Shown here: one piece after another, positions 9,958-17,277 of the stretch
Layout: the number at the start of each line of letters is the position of its first letter
Position numbering within the stretch: the stretch's first letter is position 1
IMG/VR virus record: IMGVR_UViG_3300032242_000206
Location: 1 to 29,779 of that record
Source: a virus
Lineage: Duplodnaviria; Caudoviricetes
DNA: 29,779 nt
Strand: one strand, 5' to 3'
Notes under the pieces: generated by a model
What the model was told of the DNA's origin: nothing
The model's database searches: none
What the model saw: the letters and a program-made list of their open reading frames with translations, nothing else
Translations under genes and position numbers: made by a program

Positions 9958-10373
9958 TTAATTCAAGAAACTTAGATGATCTACTTCCGGAAGTTCGAGC
10001 AAGAGTTGAAGATTTTATTAAGGCTTGTCAGCATAATGGCATCGACATCTTGGTTACTTCTACATATAGGGATTATGAAAGTCAGGATGCTCTTTATGCT
10101 CAAGGGCGCACAATTGAAGGCAAGATTGTCACAAATGCAAGAGGAGGTGACTCTTTTCACAATCATCGTTGCGCTGTGGATGTTGTGCCTGTGGTGTTTG
10201 GCAAACCAGACTGGGACGGAAGCCATCCAGTTTGGGCACAGATAGGGCAACTTGGAGAAGAGTCAGGACTGGAGTGGGCTGGTAAATGGAAATCATTTAA
10301 AGAACTGGCGCACTTTCAATACACAGGCGGTTTAACAATAGCAGAACTTAAAGAAGGCAAGGTAATAGCATGA
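9954..10373 (+). CDS. Endolysin, peptidase M15 family (L-Ala-D-Glu peptidase-like)
   Basis: TSTYRD.E.QDALYAQGRT..GKIVTNARGG.SFHN...AVD...GLEWAG.W..FKELAHFQ. Confidence 0.9.
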   Translation: MINSRNLDDLLPEVRARVEDFIKACQHNGIDILVTSTYRDYESQDALYAQGRTIEGKIVTNARGGDSFHNHRCAVDVVPVVFGKPDWDGSHPVWAQIGQLGEESGLEWAGKWKSFKELAHFQYTGGLTIAELKEGKVIA

Positions 10374-10534
10374 AGAACTTTAAAATTGAAGGCAAAGAAT
10401 ACAAGTCACCCAAATCACATTATGTGGTTTTAAGGGAGCATGAAAAGAAAACTGAGCACGAGTTGCACAGACTAGAAGACAAGCTCAAAAAGCATGAGAA
10501 TTTGCCTATGGAAAAGGCACATCCGATTAAATAA
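10370..10534 (+). CDS. Hypothetical 54-aa His/Lys/Glu-rich protein (not in ORF track)
   Basis: ATGA overlap with the endolysin stop; MKNFKIEGKEYKSPKSHYVVLREHEKK...HPIK. Confidence 0.55.
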   Translation: MKNFKIEGKEYKSPKSHYVVLREHEKKTEHELHRLEDKLKKHENLPMEKAHPIK

Positions 10535-10883
10535 GACTATTCTTGTAGTCTATATAGGTTTGGGGTAGAGGCACATTATCAGGCCACAAATTAGCTTCAA
10601 TTAGCCAGTAAACTGTTTTAAGGTGCGCTCTATCCCAGAGCCTTTCACGTTCTTTCTTACTATAGATAGAACCTTGGTCTAAATCCATGTGGCAAACATG
10701 GCATAAGGCAGCAATCATATTGTCATCTGCTTTTATAGCTTTACCCTTGCCATGCGCTCCTTGATTGGAATGTGCGCCAACAATCGTGCCATCATCTACT
10801 CCACACATGGCGCAATTCAGATATTGGCAGTTATCTAACAGTTTACGACTGCGGATGTATTCACGTTTGGGATTTGGTTTCAT
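10527..10883 (-). CDS. Zn-binding HNH-like protein (DUF968/DUF1364-like)
   Basis: CAMCG...GAHSN..HGKG..IKADD..IAALCHVCH..LD; located in the Nin-like region. Confidence 0.7.
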   Translation of the reverse strand: MKPNPKREYIRSRKLLDNCQYLNCAMCGVDDGTIVGAHSNQGAHGKGKAIKADDNMIAALCHVCHMDLDQGSIYSKKERERLWDRAHLKTVYWLIEANLWPDNVPLPQTYIDYKNSLI

Positions 10884-11283
10884 TTATTTCGATTTCGTTT
10901 TGGGCGCACCAAGCATATAACCATTCCACAAACTGCGATGCCTGGTCCTTAGTAAATTTACGAGATTGGAGACCGAGTTGCACAATTCTATGACTATCTA
11001 AGCTCGGTACAACTTTACCGCTTCTAAGCCCTGTTTCAGAAGCAAATTGGTCTATTAAAAAACGCTTCCAACTCTCCTCATCCCATTTAGCTCCGAGATG
11101 TGTAGCATACTGGGCAATATCAGCAATTATTGCGTGATACAACCTGTTTTGGTCGTCTGATCTAACCGCATCCACAATTTCCATGTCGAGCTGTTTACCA
11201 GTTTTAAGCGCCTCTAAAACTTTAGGCCAAACTCTGACCATCAACGCTTTGGCTTGTTCTTCATTTTCTAATTTAAATTTCAT
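10861..11283 (-). CDS. ninB: NinB-family recombination protein
   Basis: RSDDQNRLYHAIIADIA...W..ESWK......F...G..SRKFTK.Q.S.FVEWLYAW. Confidence 0.8.
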   Translation of the reverse strand: MKFKLENEEQAKALMVRVWPKVLEALKTGKQLDMEIVDAVRSDDQNRLYHAIIADIAQYATHLGAKWDEESWKRFLIDQFASETGLRSGKVVPSLDSHRIVQLGLQSRKFTKDQASQFVEWLYAWCAQNEIEINETKSQT

Positions 11284-11567
11284 GGTTTTGACAACATTAG
11301 TTTCAGCATACGCATTGCGCTTTCAACTGAATCAACCAAACAAAACGGCCCACCTTTCCAGTTTTCAGCAAAGTCTAGCTGGTTCTCGTTAAACCCTTTT
11401 TTGCCATACGCACTATCAGGGTTCTTCACCTCCATAAGTAGAGTTTCTCCCTCATATCCAACAAGAAGATCGCAAGGTTCTTTAATGTAATACACATAAG
11501 CCCCAGCATCACGAAGAGCCTTGACTATTTCTGCTTGATTCTCGTCAACTCGTGCTGCTCGTCTCAT
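11280..11567 (-). CDS. Small PD-(D/E)XK nuclease (VRR-NUC/resolvase-like)
   Basis: MRRAARVDENQAEIVKALR..GA.V....PCDLLVGY...LLMEVK...NENQ..F...W.G. Confidence 0.75.
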   Translation of the reverse strand: MRRAARVDENQAEIVKALRDAGAYVYYIKEPCDLLVGYEGETLLMEVKNPDSAYGKKGFNENQLDFAENWKGGPFCLVDSVESAMRMLKLMLSKP

Positions 11568-11748
11568 TTTTCTTCCTATGTATCGTATTTTTTACATCTT
11601 CAGCCAAATTTGCAAATAATGCGTTACTTTGCATCTTCTGACGTACTGCATCCCTGATGTATTCTACCCAGCCAGGTTGCATTGCAAGGTGGGCGTACAG
11701 CTCCACAATCTCATCGTACATTTGATCAAAAGGCTCATCCATTGACAA
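11545..11748 (-). CDS. Hypothetical protein
   Basis: Tightly packed in the leftward operon, overlapping both neighbours. Confidence 0.55.
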   Translation of the reverse strand: MSMDEPFDQMYDEIVELYAHLAMQPGWVEYIRDAVRQKMQSNALFANLAEDVKNTIHRKKNETSSTS

Positions 11749-11926
11749 TCCACTTTCTCATTTCGTTTGAATTGCGGTAGCCAATAGACTTGTAAAACCT
11801 TGGCGCAAGAACACGTACCTGTGGGGGCAGTCTAGGTAATCTTTCCGCTACAGGGTACTTAGTTTCCTTTAAAACAGTTCCCTCAGGCCAAGGCGGTACT
11901 GGTTGCCATATTGTTTTAATTTCCAC
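11735..11926 (-). CDS. Hypothetical protein
   Basis: Tightly packed in the leftward operon. Confidence 0.5.
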   Translation of the reverse strand: MEIKTIWQPVPPWPEGTVLKETKYPVAERLPRLPPQVRVLAPRFYKSIGYRNSNEMRKWIVNG

Positions 11927-12272
11927 GTCTTATCTCCATAATTTTTTGACGGATATGTTCAGGCATAGGGACGGCTTTTGCCTTTTCTGCATCTAGTTTA
12001 ACAAGGTAAGGATCACGTTCCTGAACCATTGTAGAGACTTCAGGTATCTCAGCTCCATCCCAACGCTGTTGGTTTAAGTACACAAGGGGCGCTGGAATAA
12101 ACGCTCCATTGTCTTTGCGCCAGTCGTTTGTGGTCTTCATCCACTCAACGTGTTTAATTATTTGGTCGGCACACGCATCACAGTAGTATTTTTGCCATTT
12201 TTTTAAACATTCTGATTTGCCTCCTTTGCGTGAGCTACGAGGCCAGGCTTTCCAAAAATCTTCAAATGTCAT
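11916..12272 (-). CDS. Replication-initiator-like protein (C-terminal-type domain only)
   Basis: FEDFWKAWPR...K.G.K...KKW...W....G.FIPAPLVYLNQQRWD, typical of phage replisome-organizer C-terminal domains; ATG 12272 follows GGAG. Confidence 0.65.
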   Translation of the reverse strand: MTFEDFWKAWPRSSRKGGKSECLKKWQKYYCDACADQIIKHVEWMKTTNDWRKDNGAFIPAPLVYLNQQRWDGAEIPEVSTMVQERDPYLVKLDAEKAKAVPMPEHIRQKIMEIRRGN

Positions 12273-12273
12273 A

Positions 12274-13098
12274 TTAATCTCCACAAAAACAAGCTATTGA
12301 TTCTTCATTACCTACATCTACAAACATATCTTTTTGAGCTAAAACGTAATCGTACATTTGACGATAAGTTGGTCTATCCTTTCTAAATTTGCCACCTTGA
12401 TTAATTGCTTTATTTATATGAGTTTCTTCCATATTTGCCCACCAAATTGCTCTTTCAGGCTTTTCTGCGATCAAACTTAAAGTTTGCTTTTCACCTTTTA
12501 AATAACATAAATCACAATTACCATGATAAGTTTTTCCATTGAAATTAGGTAAACCTAAATCAAAACTTTGATTTTTCCAAAATAAACCTACATCATAAGA
12601 ATTAATGTTAGCAGAAACCAAGGGCGTTCTTTCCCGCTGTATTTTTGCTGCTCTTCTTGGTTCATCAGCCCTAATTCCTACCCAATCCATATTTTCGTTA
12701 TGATCCCAACCTTTAAATTTTAAAAACTTATGTATTGTTCTAATTTTTAATTCAATTGTACAAAATCTCATTACTGGACTAGGCAAGTATTGTTTTCTGT
12801 TTAACATTGCTTCGAATGGTTCACCATTTCTACTTGCCGATTCAAAATTTACTTCTTTAAAACCAGGAAGATCATTTATATATTCAAGCCAATTTATTTT
12901 TACATTCCAATTAGTTTCACAATCATGTACAAACTTTAGGGTTTCTTCCATTTCTTTGCCTGTATTAGCAAAACAAACTATCGCATCATCTGGAAGCCCA
13001 TTGTTTGATTGCAATATTCTCCACAACATATACCCTGATGTTCTACCTCCACTAAAGCTAATTACTGTGGGTTCAATTATTTTAAAAGGATCATTCAT
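12274..13098 (-). CDS. PAPS reductase family (PP-loop) protein
   Basis: ISFSGGRTS, FANTGKE, RFCTIELK, GIRADE..RA, GNCDLCYLK, terminal CFC. Confidence 0.85.
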   Translation of the reverse strand: MNDPFKIIEPTVISFSGGRTSGYMLWRILQSNNGLPDDAIVCFANTGKEMEETLKFVHDCETNWNVKINWLEYINDLPGFKEVNFESASRNGEPFEAMLNRKQYLPSPVMRFCTIELKIRTIHKFLKFKGWDHNENMDWVGIRADEPRRAAKIQRERTPLVSANINSYDVGLFWKNQSFDLGLPNFNGKTYHGNCDLCYLKGEKQTLSLIAEKPERAIWWANMEETHINKAINQGGKFRKDRPTYRQMYDYVLAQKDMFVDVGNEESIACFCGD

Positions 13099-13201
13099 GT
13101 TATTCCATAGGTTATGCTAGGGTGGATATGAACCATTCCCTCTCCAGCATCTTGTTATTTATCATCATTTATCTTAAGTTATCTACACAAAAAGCCCAAG
13201 T

Positions 13202-13352
13202 GCGCTTGACGAGTTTATTCGCTTATACACAAGACCTAGTTGTCCACCTGAGTTATCTTGTGCTTTACCGATACCTAAACTAAGTTCGGTCACGTTTTGC
13301 TCTGGGGTGTATCAGAGTGCGGTGTTTTGTCCCAAGCCGTCCATTCAAACGC
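13202..13352 (-). ncRNA. Candidate multibranch structured RNA in the leader of the replication operon
   Basis: Closing stem GCGUUUGA/UCAAGCGC enclosing three hairpins; G-U pairs favour the minus strand. Confidence 0.5.
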
Positions 13353-13388
13353 TCTGCTCCGTGTGGGGTACGATTGCATTACAACAAT

Positions 13389-13479
13389 AAAAAAAGCCAC
13401 TTGAGAAAGTATCTTGGTTGCACCCTCTGAATATAGAGGCAAGATACTTTCACAAATGGCTTAAATAATTGCGTGCAAC
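13389..13479 (-). promoter_or_regulatory. Long terminator-like hairpin with internal sub-hairpin and an upstream complementary 7-mer (attenuator/antisense-like)
   Basis: 23-bp imperfect stem 13394-13416/13440-13462 ending in a U-run on the minus strand; loop GUGCAAC complements upstream GUUGCAC. Confidence 0.65.
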
Positions 13480-13492
13480 GGCAATGATCGGA

Positions 13493-13879
13493 TTATACAC
13501 AATTTCTTTGTAAAAAAGGGTTTGTAATTATTAATTTTGGAGTTTTTTCTGTTTTTCTTTCTTTATTTTTTCTAATTTTCACATTTGTCATGTCTAGAGC
13601 TATTCCATGACCTCGCAAACCATTACAACTATGACATACAGGAACAACATCAAGAGGTTTGTTGTAGTCTCTATGATCGTAAAATTTTGCTTTTTTACCA
13701 CAATCAACACAATTATGTTCAGATACAGGTTTTAATTTACCTTTTTTAATAGCTTGGTGTACTGCAGAATGTGCCCTATTCTTTCCTAATTCGTAACCAG
13801 GCCCACAAAGATAACAGGCAGTACTTAACCAACCAGGCTCTAATATTAAATTTTCACAAACATGGCAATATTTAGTCAT
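13493..13879 (-). CDS. Zn-finger/HNH-like protein (homing-endonuclease-like)
   Basis: Four CxxC pairs; AHSAVHQAIKKGKL...CVDCG...DHRDYNKPLDVVPVCHSCN. Confidence 0.65.
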   Translation of the reverse strand: MTKYCHVCENLILEPGWLSTACYLCGPGYELGKNRAHSAVHQAIKKGKLKPVSEHNCVDCGKKAKFYDHRDYNKPLDVVPVCHSCNGLRGHGIALDMTNVKIRKNKERKTEKTPKLIITNPFLQRNCV

Positions 13880-14052
13880 TTTTTTGGTTTTTTTAAAAAT
13901 ATTTTTGGATATGCCAATTTAATAGAAGCTGGTATTCCTCTAGTCATCCAATTGTGTACTCTTTGTTTACTTAAATTAAGATGTTTAGCTAAAACGCTTG
14001 AACCGCCCAATTTAATAATTAAATCTTTGTCGTTTTGTATATTTGTGTTCAT
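13876..14052 (-). CDS. Cro-like HTH repressor, 58 aa (not in ORF track)
   Basis: MNTNIQNDKDLIIKLGGSSVLAKHLNLSKQRVHNWMTRGIPASIK...; LGG...LA..L..S.Q.V.NW..RGIP is a Cro/YdaS-type signature; ATGA overlap with the next gene. Confidence 0.8.
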   Translation of the reverse strand: MNTNIQNDKDLIIKLGGSSVLAKHLNLSKQRVHNWMTRGIPASIKLAYPKIFLKKPKK

Positions 14053-14058
14053 AGTTGT

Positions 14059-14086
14059 ATTTTAGTCAAAAACAGCAAATAGTCAA
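14059..14086 (-). promoter_or_regulatory. Leftward sigma70-type promoter
   Basis: TTGACT-16 nt-TAAAAT on the minus strand; predicted +1 near the Cro-like ATG at 14052. Confidence 0.65.
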
Positions 14087-14119
14087 CAAATTGTGTATTA
14101 TTTTTAAACAAGTTGTTTA
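14083..14119. promoter_or_regulatory. Two operator-like palindromes
   Basis: Perfect TAAACAA-G-TTGTTTA (14105-14119) and degenerate TCAACAA-A-TTGTGTA (14083-14097), each overlapping one -35 box. Confidence 0.6.
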
Positions 14120-14143
14120 CTTTATGCAAATTTATACTATACT
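14116..14143 (+). promoter_or_regulatory. Rightward sigma70-type promoter
   Basis: TTTACT-16 nt-TATACT upstream of the early/recombination operon. Confidence 0.55.
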
Positions 14144-14194
14144 TCATTCATCAGCACAACGCTGATACTTCACTAGATAAATTAAGGACACATT

Positions 14195-14359
14195 ATGAGT
14201 AATAGAAGTTATTTTGAAGAAGACGATGATATTAGAGAATTAAAAGCGCAAGACTTTTGGGAAGCTCGTCAATACAACATTTTGAGAGCAAATCCAATCT
14301 GCTCAGACCCCGATCATCCTGGTTGCGACAATTGCATGGGGGACGAAGATGACAATTAA
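14195..14359 (+). CDS. Hypothetical 54-aa acidic protein with CxDPDHPGCxxC motif (not in ORF track)
   Basis: TAAGGA RBS; first gene after the rightward promoter. Confidence 0.7.
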   Translation: MSNRSYFEEDDDIRELKAQDFWEARQYNILRANPICSDPDHPGCDNCMGDEDDN

Positions 14360-14540
14360 ATTTTTTTACACCGGCAACGAAACAACTCGTACGTTTCCTC
14401 GCACTTTAGCTGAGGCATTTCCCGCAACCCCACAACCCAATTTCGAGGATGATATGGATAACGAAGATAAATTAATCTGTTTGATTTGCGTAATCATGTT
14501 TGTGTTTACATTTACTTTAATGTATTTGGGGGTTGTATGA
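14349..14540 (+). CDS. Hypothetical protein with C-terminal TM
   Basis: TTRTFPRTLAEAFP motif and hydrophobic C-terminus; overlaps both neighbours. Confidence 0.6.
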   Translation: MTIKFFYTGNETTRTFPRTLAEAFPATPQPNFEDDMDNEDKLICLICVIMFVFTFTLMYLGVV

Positions 14541-15097
14541 CTATCAACGACCTACTTAAACTTAATGTAAACGATCACACAGAGAAAAAAGGACAACTGA
14601 CATACCTATCATGGGCATGGGCATGGGCAAAGGCACTAGAGGCTGATCCAGGCGCTACATGGGACGTACAAATGTTCAACAACAAGTGTTTCATGGAAGT
14701 CAACGGAACTGCTATGGTGTTTGTCACAACTCAGTTATTTGGCAAACAAATGACCTGTCAGCTTCCAGTAATGGATCACAGGAACAAGGCGATCATTAAC
14801 CCTGATGCGTTTCAGGTTAATACTGCAATCATGCGGTGCATGACTAAATCATTGTCGTTGCATGGTCTCGGTCTATACATTTATGCTGGTGAGGATTTGC
14901 CTCAAGGTGAAGAGCCTGAATCAAATGTAAATGAGTCCGAAATGGCTGACTATATGGCTTTGTTTGAAGAATGTGTATCAATTGAAGCATTACAAAAAGC
15001 ATTTGTGCAGGCAATTGCTGCAACAGATGGGGACAAAGACTGGCAAAAGAAACTCATAAGTAAGAAAGACGTGTGCAAAAAGAAACTTGGAGGTTAA
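14537..15097 (+). CDS. Sak/DUF1071-like ssDNA annealing protein
   Basis: LNVNDHTEKKGQLTYLSWAWAW...LPVMDHRNKAI.NPDAFQVNTAIMRC.TK...HGLGLYIYAGEDLP; ATG 14537. Confidence 0.85.
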   Translation: MTINDLLKLNVNDHTEKKGQLTYLSWAWAWAKALEADPGATWDVQMFNNKCFMEVNGTAMVFVTTQLFGKQMTCQLPVMDHRNKAIINPDAFQVNTAIMRCMTKSLSLHGLGLYIYAGEDLPQGEEPESNVNESEMADYMALFEECVSIEALQKAFVQAIAATDGDKDWQKKLISKKDVCKKKLGG

Positions 15098-15099
15098 AA

Positions 15100-15294
15100 A
15101 TGAAAGAGAATCTTTTGAGAATGGATTTAAGAGATTATTTTGCATCCCAGGCATTGATCGGTATTATTTTTGGGCGCAAAACAATTAACAAAGAAGTTAT
15201 TGAACTTTCATACAAAGTTGCAGATGCAATGATGGTTGAGAGGGAATTTAAGAAAATTGAGCCTAGAGGCATAAATGGGGGTGTGGATGAATGA
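15100..15294 (+). CDS. Conserved phage hypothetical protein
   Basis: MDLRDYFA.QAL...Y..ADAM...R motif; GGAGG RBS. Confidence 0.7.
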   Translation: MKENLLRMDLRDYFASQALIGIIFGRKTINKEVIELSYKVADAMMVEREFKKIEPRGINGGVDE

Positions 15295-15907
15295 TATTGA
15301 ACAAGGCACAGAAGAATGGTTTGCTATACGTTGCGGAAAAGTAACAGCATCCAGAATTGCGGACATTATTGCCACGACAAAGTCAGGTTACTCTGCCAGT
15401 CGTGCCAATTACGAGGCTCAACTTATCTGCGAGATTTTGACTGGCAAACCAGCGGAATCTTTTACAAATGCTGCGATGGCATGGGGCACAGAGACAGAGC
15501 CATTGGCAAGGGCGCAATACGAGTTGAAAACTGGCAACATGGTCAACCAGATTGGGTTTGTTGTACATCCTAAAATTGAACAGGCTGGAGCATCTCCAGA
15601 TGGTTTGGTTGATAATGACGGACTCATAGAAATCAAATGCCCAAATACCAGTACGCACTTGGATACACTTTTGTCTCAAAAAGTGCCATCAAAGTACATC
15701 ACACAGATGACTTGGCAAATGCTTTGTACAGGTAGAAAATGGTGCGATTTTGTGAGTTATGATCCTAGATTGCCTGATAACCTACAACTTTTTATTCAAC
15801 GCATTGAGCTAGATGAAGAGTATGGCAAAAAGCTAGAGTCTGAGATAAAAGAGTTTTTGGAAGAAGTAAACGAAAAAGTAGAAAAATTAAGGAAAATAAA
15901 TGTCTAA
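15287..15907 (+). CDS. YqaJ/lambda-exonuclease family recombination nuclease
   Basis: IEQGTEEWFAIRCGKVTAS, AMAWGTETEPLAR, GASPDGLV, IEIKCP, QMTWQM, WCDFVSYDPR. Confidence 0.92.
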   Translation: MNDIEQGTEEWFAIRCGKVTASRIADIIATTKSGYSASRANYEAQLICEILTGKPAESFTNAAMAWGTETEPLARAQYELKTGNMVNQIGFVVHPKIEQAGASPDGLVDNDGLIEIKCPNTSTHLDTLLSQKVPSKYITQMTWQMLCTGRKWCDFVSYDPRLPDNLQLFIQRIELDEEYGKKLESEIKEFLEEVNEKVEKLRKINV

Positions 15908-16121
15908 AGTAACGCAAGAAGTCACAGCCGTAGTCGGTAAATACAAAGACCAATCTGGTCAGGAAAAGAACCGCTACCAACGAATTGGGTCAATCATTGA
16001 AACGAAAAACGGCCCAATGCTAAAGATTGACAACATTCCTGTGTGTGAGCCTGCTTGGTCTGGCTGGGCATATTTGAATGAGCCAAGGGAAAAGAAGCCT
16101 GTTGACGACATTGGTTTTTAA
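15900..16121 (+). CDS. Small SSB-like protein
   Basis: Follows the Sak/YqaJ genes; GKY...GQEKNRY.RIG motif; acidic-aromatic tail DDIGF as in SSBs. Confidence 0.55.
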   Translation: MSKVTQEVTAVVGKYKDQSGQEKNRYQRIGSIIETKNGPMLKIDNIPVCEPAWSGWAYLNEPREKKPVDDIGF

Positions 16122-16125
16122 GTTT

Positions 16126-16215
16126 TTGGGCGGTCTACTGTGTTAGCTACAGTATCTCAAATACGTTAAGTCATATTTGGAGAATGGGAAACGCTGCTTT
16201 ATGCGAACTGCCCAA
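16126..16215 (+). ncRNA. Candidate four-way-junction structured RNA
   Basis: Outer stem UUGGGCGGU/ACUGCCCAA enclosing three hairpins; fills the intergenic gap. Confidence 0.5.
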
Positions 16216-16239
16216 TTTAATGATAAATAAAGGTAAATT

Positions 16240-16560
16240 ATGAAAACATTTAATATATTTGAAGAGTTGAGTGAAATGGTTAGTCGTGGATTTGCTCGTG
16301 CTACAGACCCACAAACGTCTAAAGAAGCTGGGGCAAGTGTCAATGTCAGTAGAATAGAAAAAGTCGTCCTAGATGCGATTAAAGCCTTTCCTAGCGGTTG
16401 TATATTGCAAGACATAGAACACGCATTACCTCACATTAGACAAAGCTCTATATCTCCCAGAATTCGTCCATTGATCCGAAAAGGATTAATCATTGATACA
16501 GGCGAAGTCAGACCTAGTTTTAGTGGTAGAAATCAACGTGTTTTAAAGGCGGTCGTATGA
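16240..16560 (+). CDS. Putative winged-helix DNA-binding protein
   Basis: ARATDPQTS.EA, SISPRIRPL.RKGLI.DTG..R...SGR.Q.V pattern. Confidence 0.65.
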   Translation: MKTFNIFEELSEMVSRGFARATDPQTSKEAGASVNVSRIEKVVLDAIKAFPSGCILQDIEHALPHIRQSSISPRIRPLIRKGLIIDTGEVRPSFSGRNQRVLKAVV

Positions 16561-16841
16561 AATATTTAATTCCATTTATTCTTTTAGCTGGTTGTGCTAC
16601 ACAAGCACCAAGACTTGATGCGCCTGTCCAACCAAGTTATTTAAATCCTCCAATCGTGCCAATTAAGGTCGATCCACAGGTTCAGCAGATGAGCCGAAAC
16701 GAGGTTATACAAGCATCATTGGAATGTGAAGCAGGGAATATGCGCCCAGTTCCGATTATGAGCAAACGCATTGTTTCAGGCATGATGACGGACATTATTA
16801 TTGATGTTCAATGTATGCCTAAAAGATCGGCAATGTTTTAA
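16557..16841 (+). CDS. Putative lipoprotein
   Basis: MKYLIPFILLAGC: signal peptide II with LAGC lipobox. Confidence 0.7.
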   Translation: MKYLIPFILLAGCATQAPRLDAPVQPSYLNPPIVPIKVDPQVQQMSRNEVIQASLECEAGNMRPVPIMSKRIVSGMMTDIIIDVQCMPKRSAMF

Positions 16842-16851
16842 GGGGACAAGA

Positions 16852-17277
16852 ATGACTAAAGAAGAGCCTGTGGCTTATTTCAATCCGCATGAAGGTGGTT
16901 TTTACTGGGCAAAGCCAACAACAGTTACCGCACCAGTAACAATTGACGTTGATCCATTGCCTCTTTACACCACACCACAACAAGGTTGCGATGAATGTGG
17001 GGTTAGTGGTGGGTATGCGTTGTATTGCCTTGTGTGCGCTGAAAAGTTTGTAGGTAATAAAGAATGGGTAGGGTTGACGGATGAGGAAATACTAAATGAA
17101 TGGTTTGCAGTTTTTGCTCCTGAACCTGGTATTGGAAAAAATGTTACCAATGGTGTATTTGAGTTTGCTGCGGCAATATTAAAAATAGCACAAGCAAATT
17201 GCAACGGATTTTGTGGTGAAATTGAGTGTAAAGAAAATAAAACTGGATGTAAAAGGAAAAAAACAAATGAAACATAA
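16852..17277 (+). CDS. Mosaic hypothetical protein
   Basis: EPVAY, PLYT.P, CxxC pairs and EWVGLTDEEI modules common in phage accessory regions; AAGGGG RBS. Confidence 0.6.
   Translation: MTKEEPVAYFNPHEGGFYWAKPTTVTAPVTIDVDPLPLYTTPQQGCDECGVSGGYALYCLVCAEKFVGNKEWVGLTDEEILNEWFAVFAPEPGIGKNVTNGVFEFAAAILKIAQANCNGFCGEIECKENKTGCKRKKTNET

Noticed and set aside
13290-13379. 29-codon minus-strand ORF (MQSYPTR...) as a leader peptide
   Set aside because: No SD and no telling codon pattern; RNA structure explains the region better.
13862-14065. Plus-strand 67-aa ORF in the track
   Set aside because: Shadow of the minus-strand Cro-like gene 13876-14052.
16126-16215. tRNA gene
   Set aside because: Cloverleaf-like, but no TTC T-loop, no GG D-loop and no 7-nt anticodon loop; kept only as an unassigned RNA.
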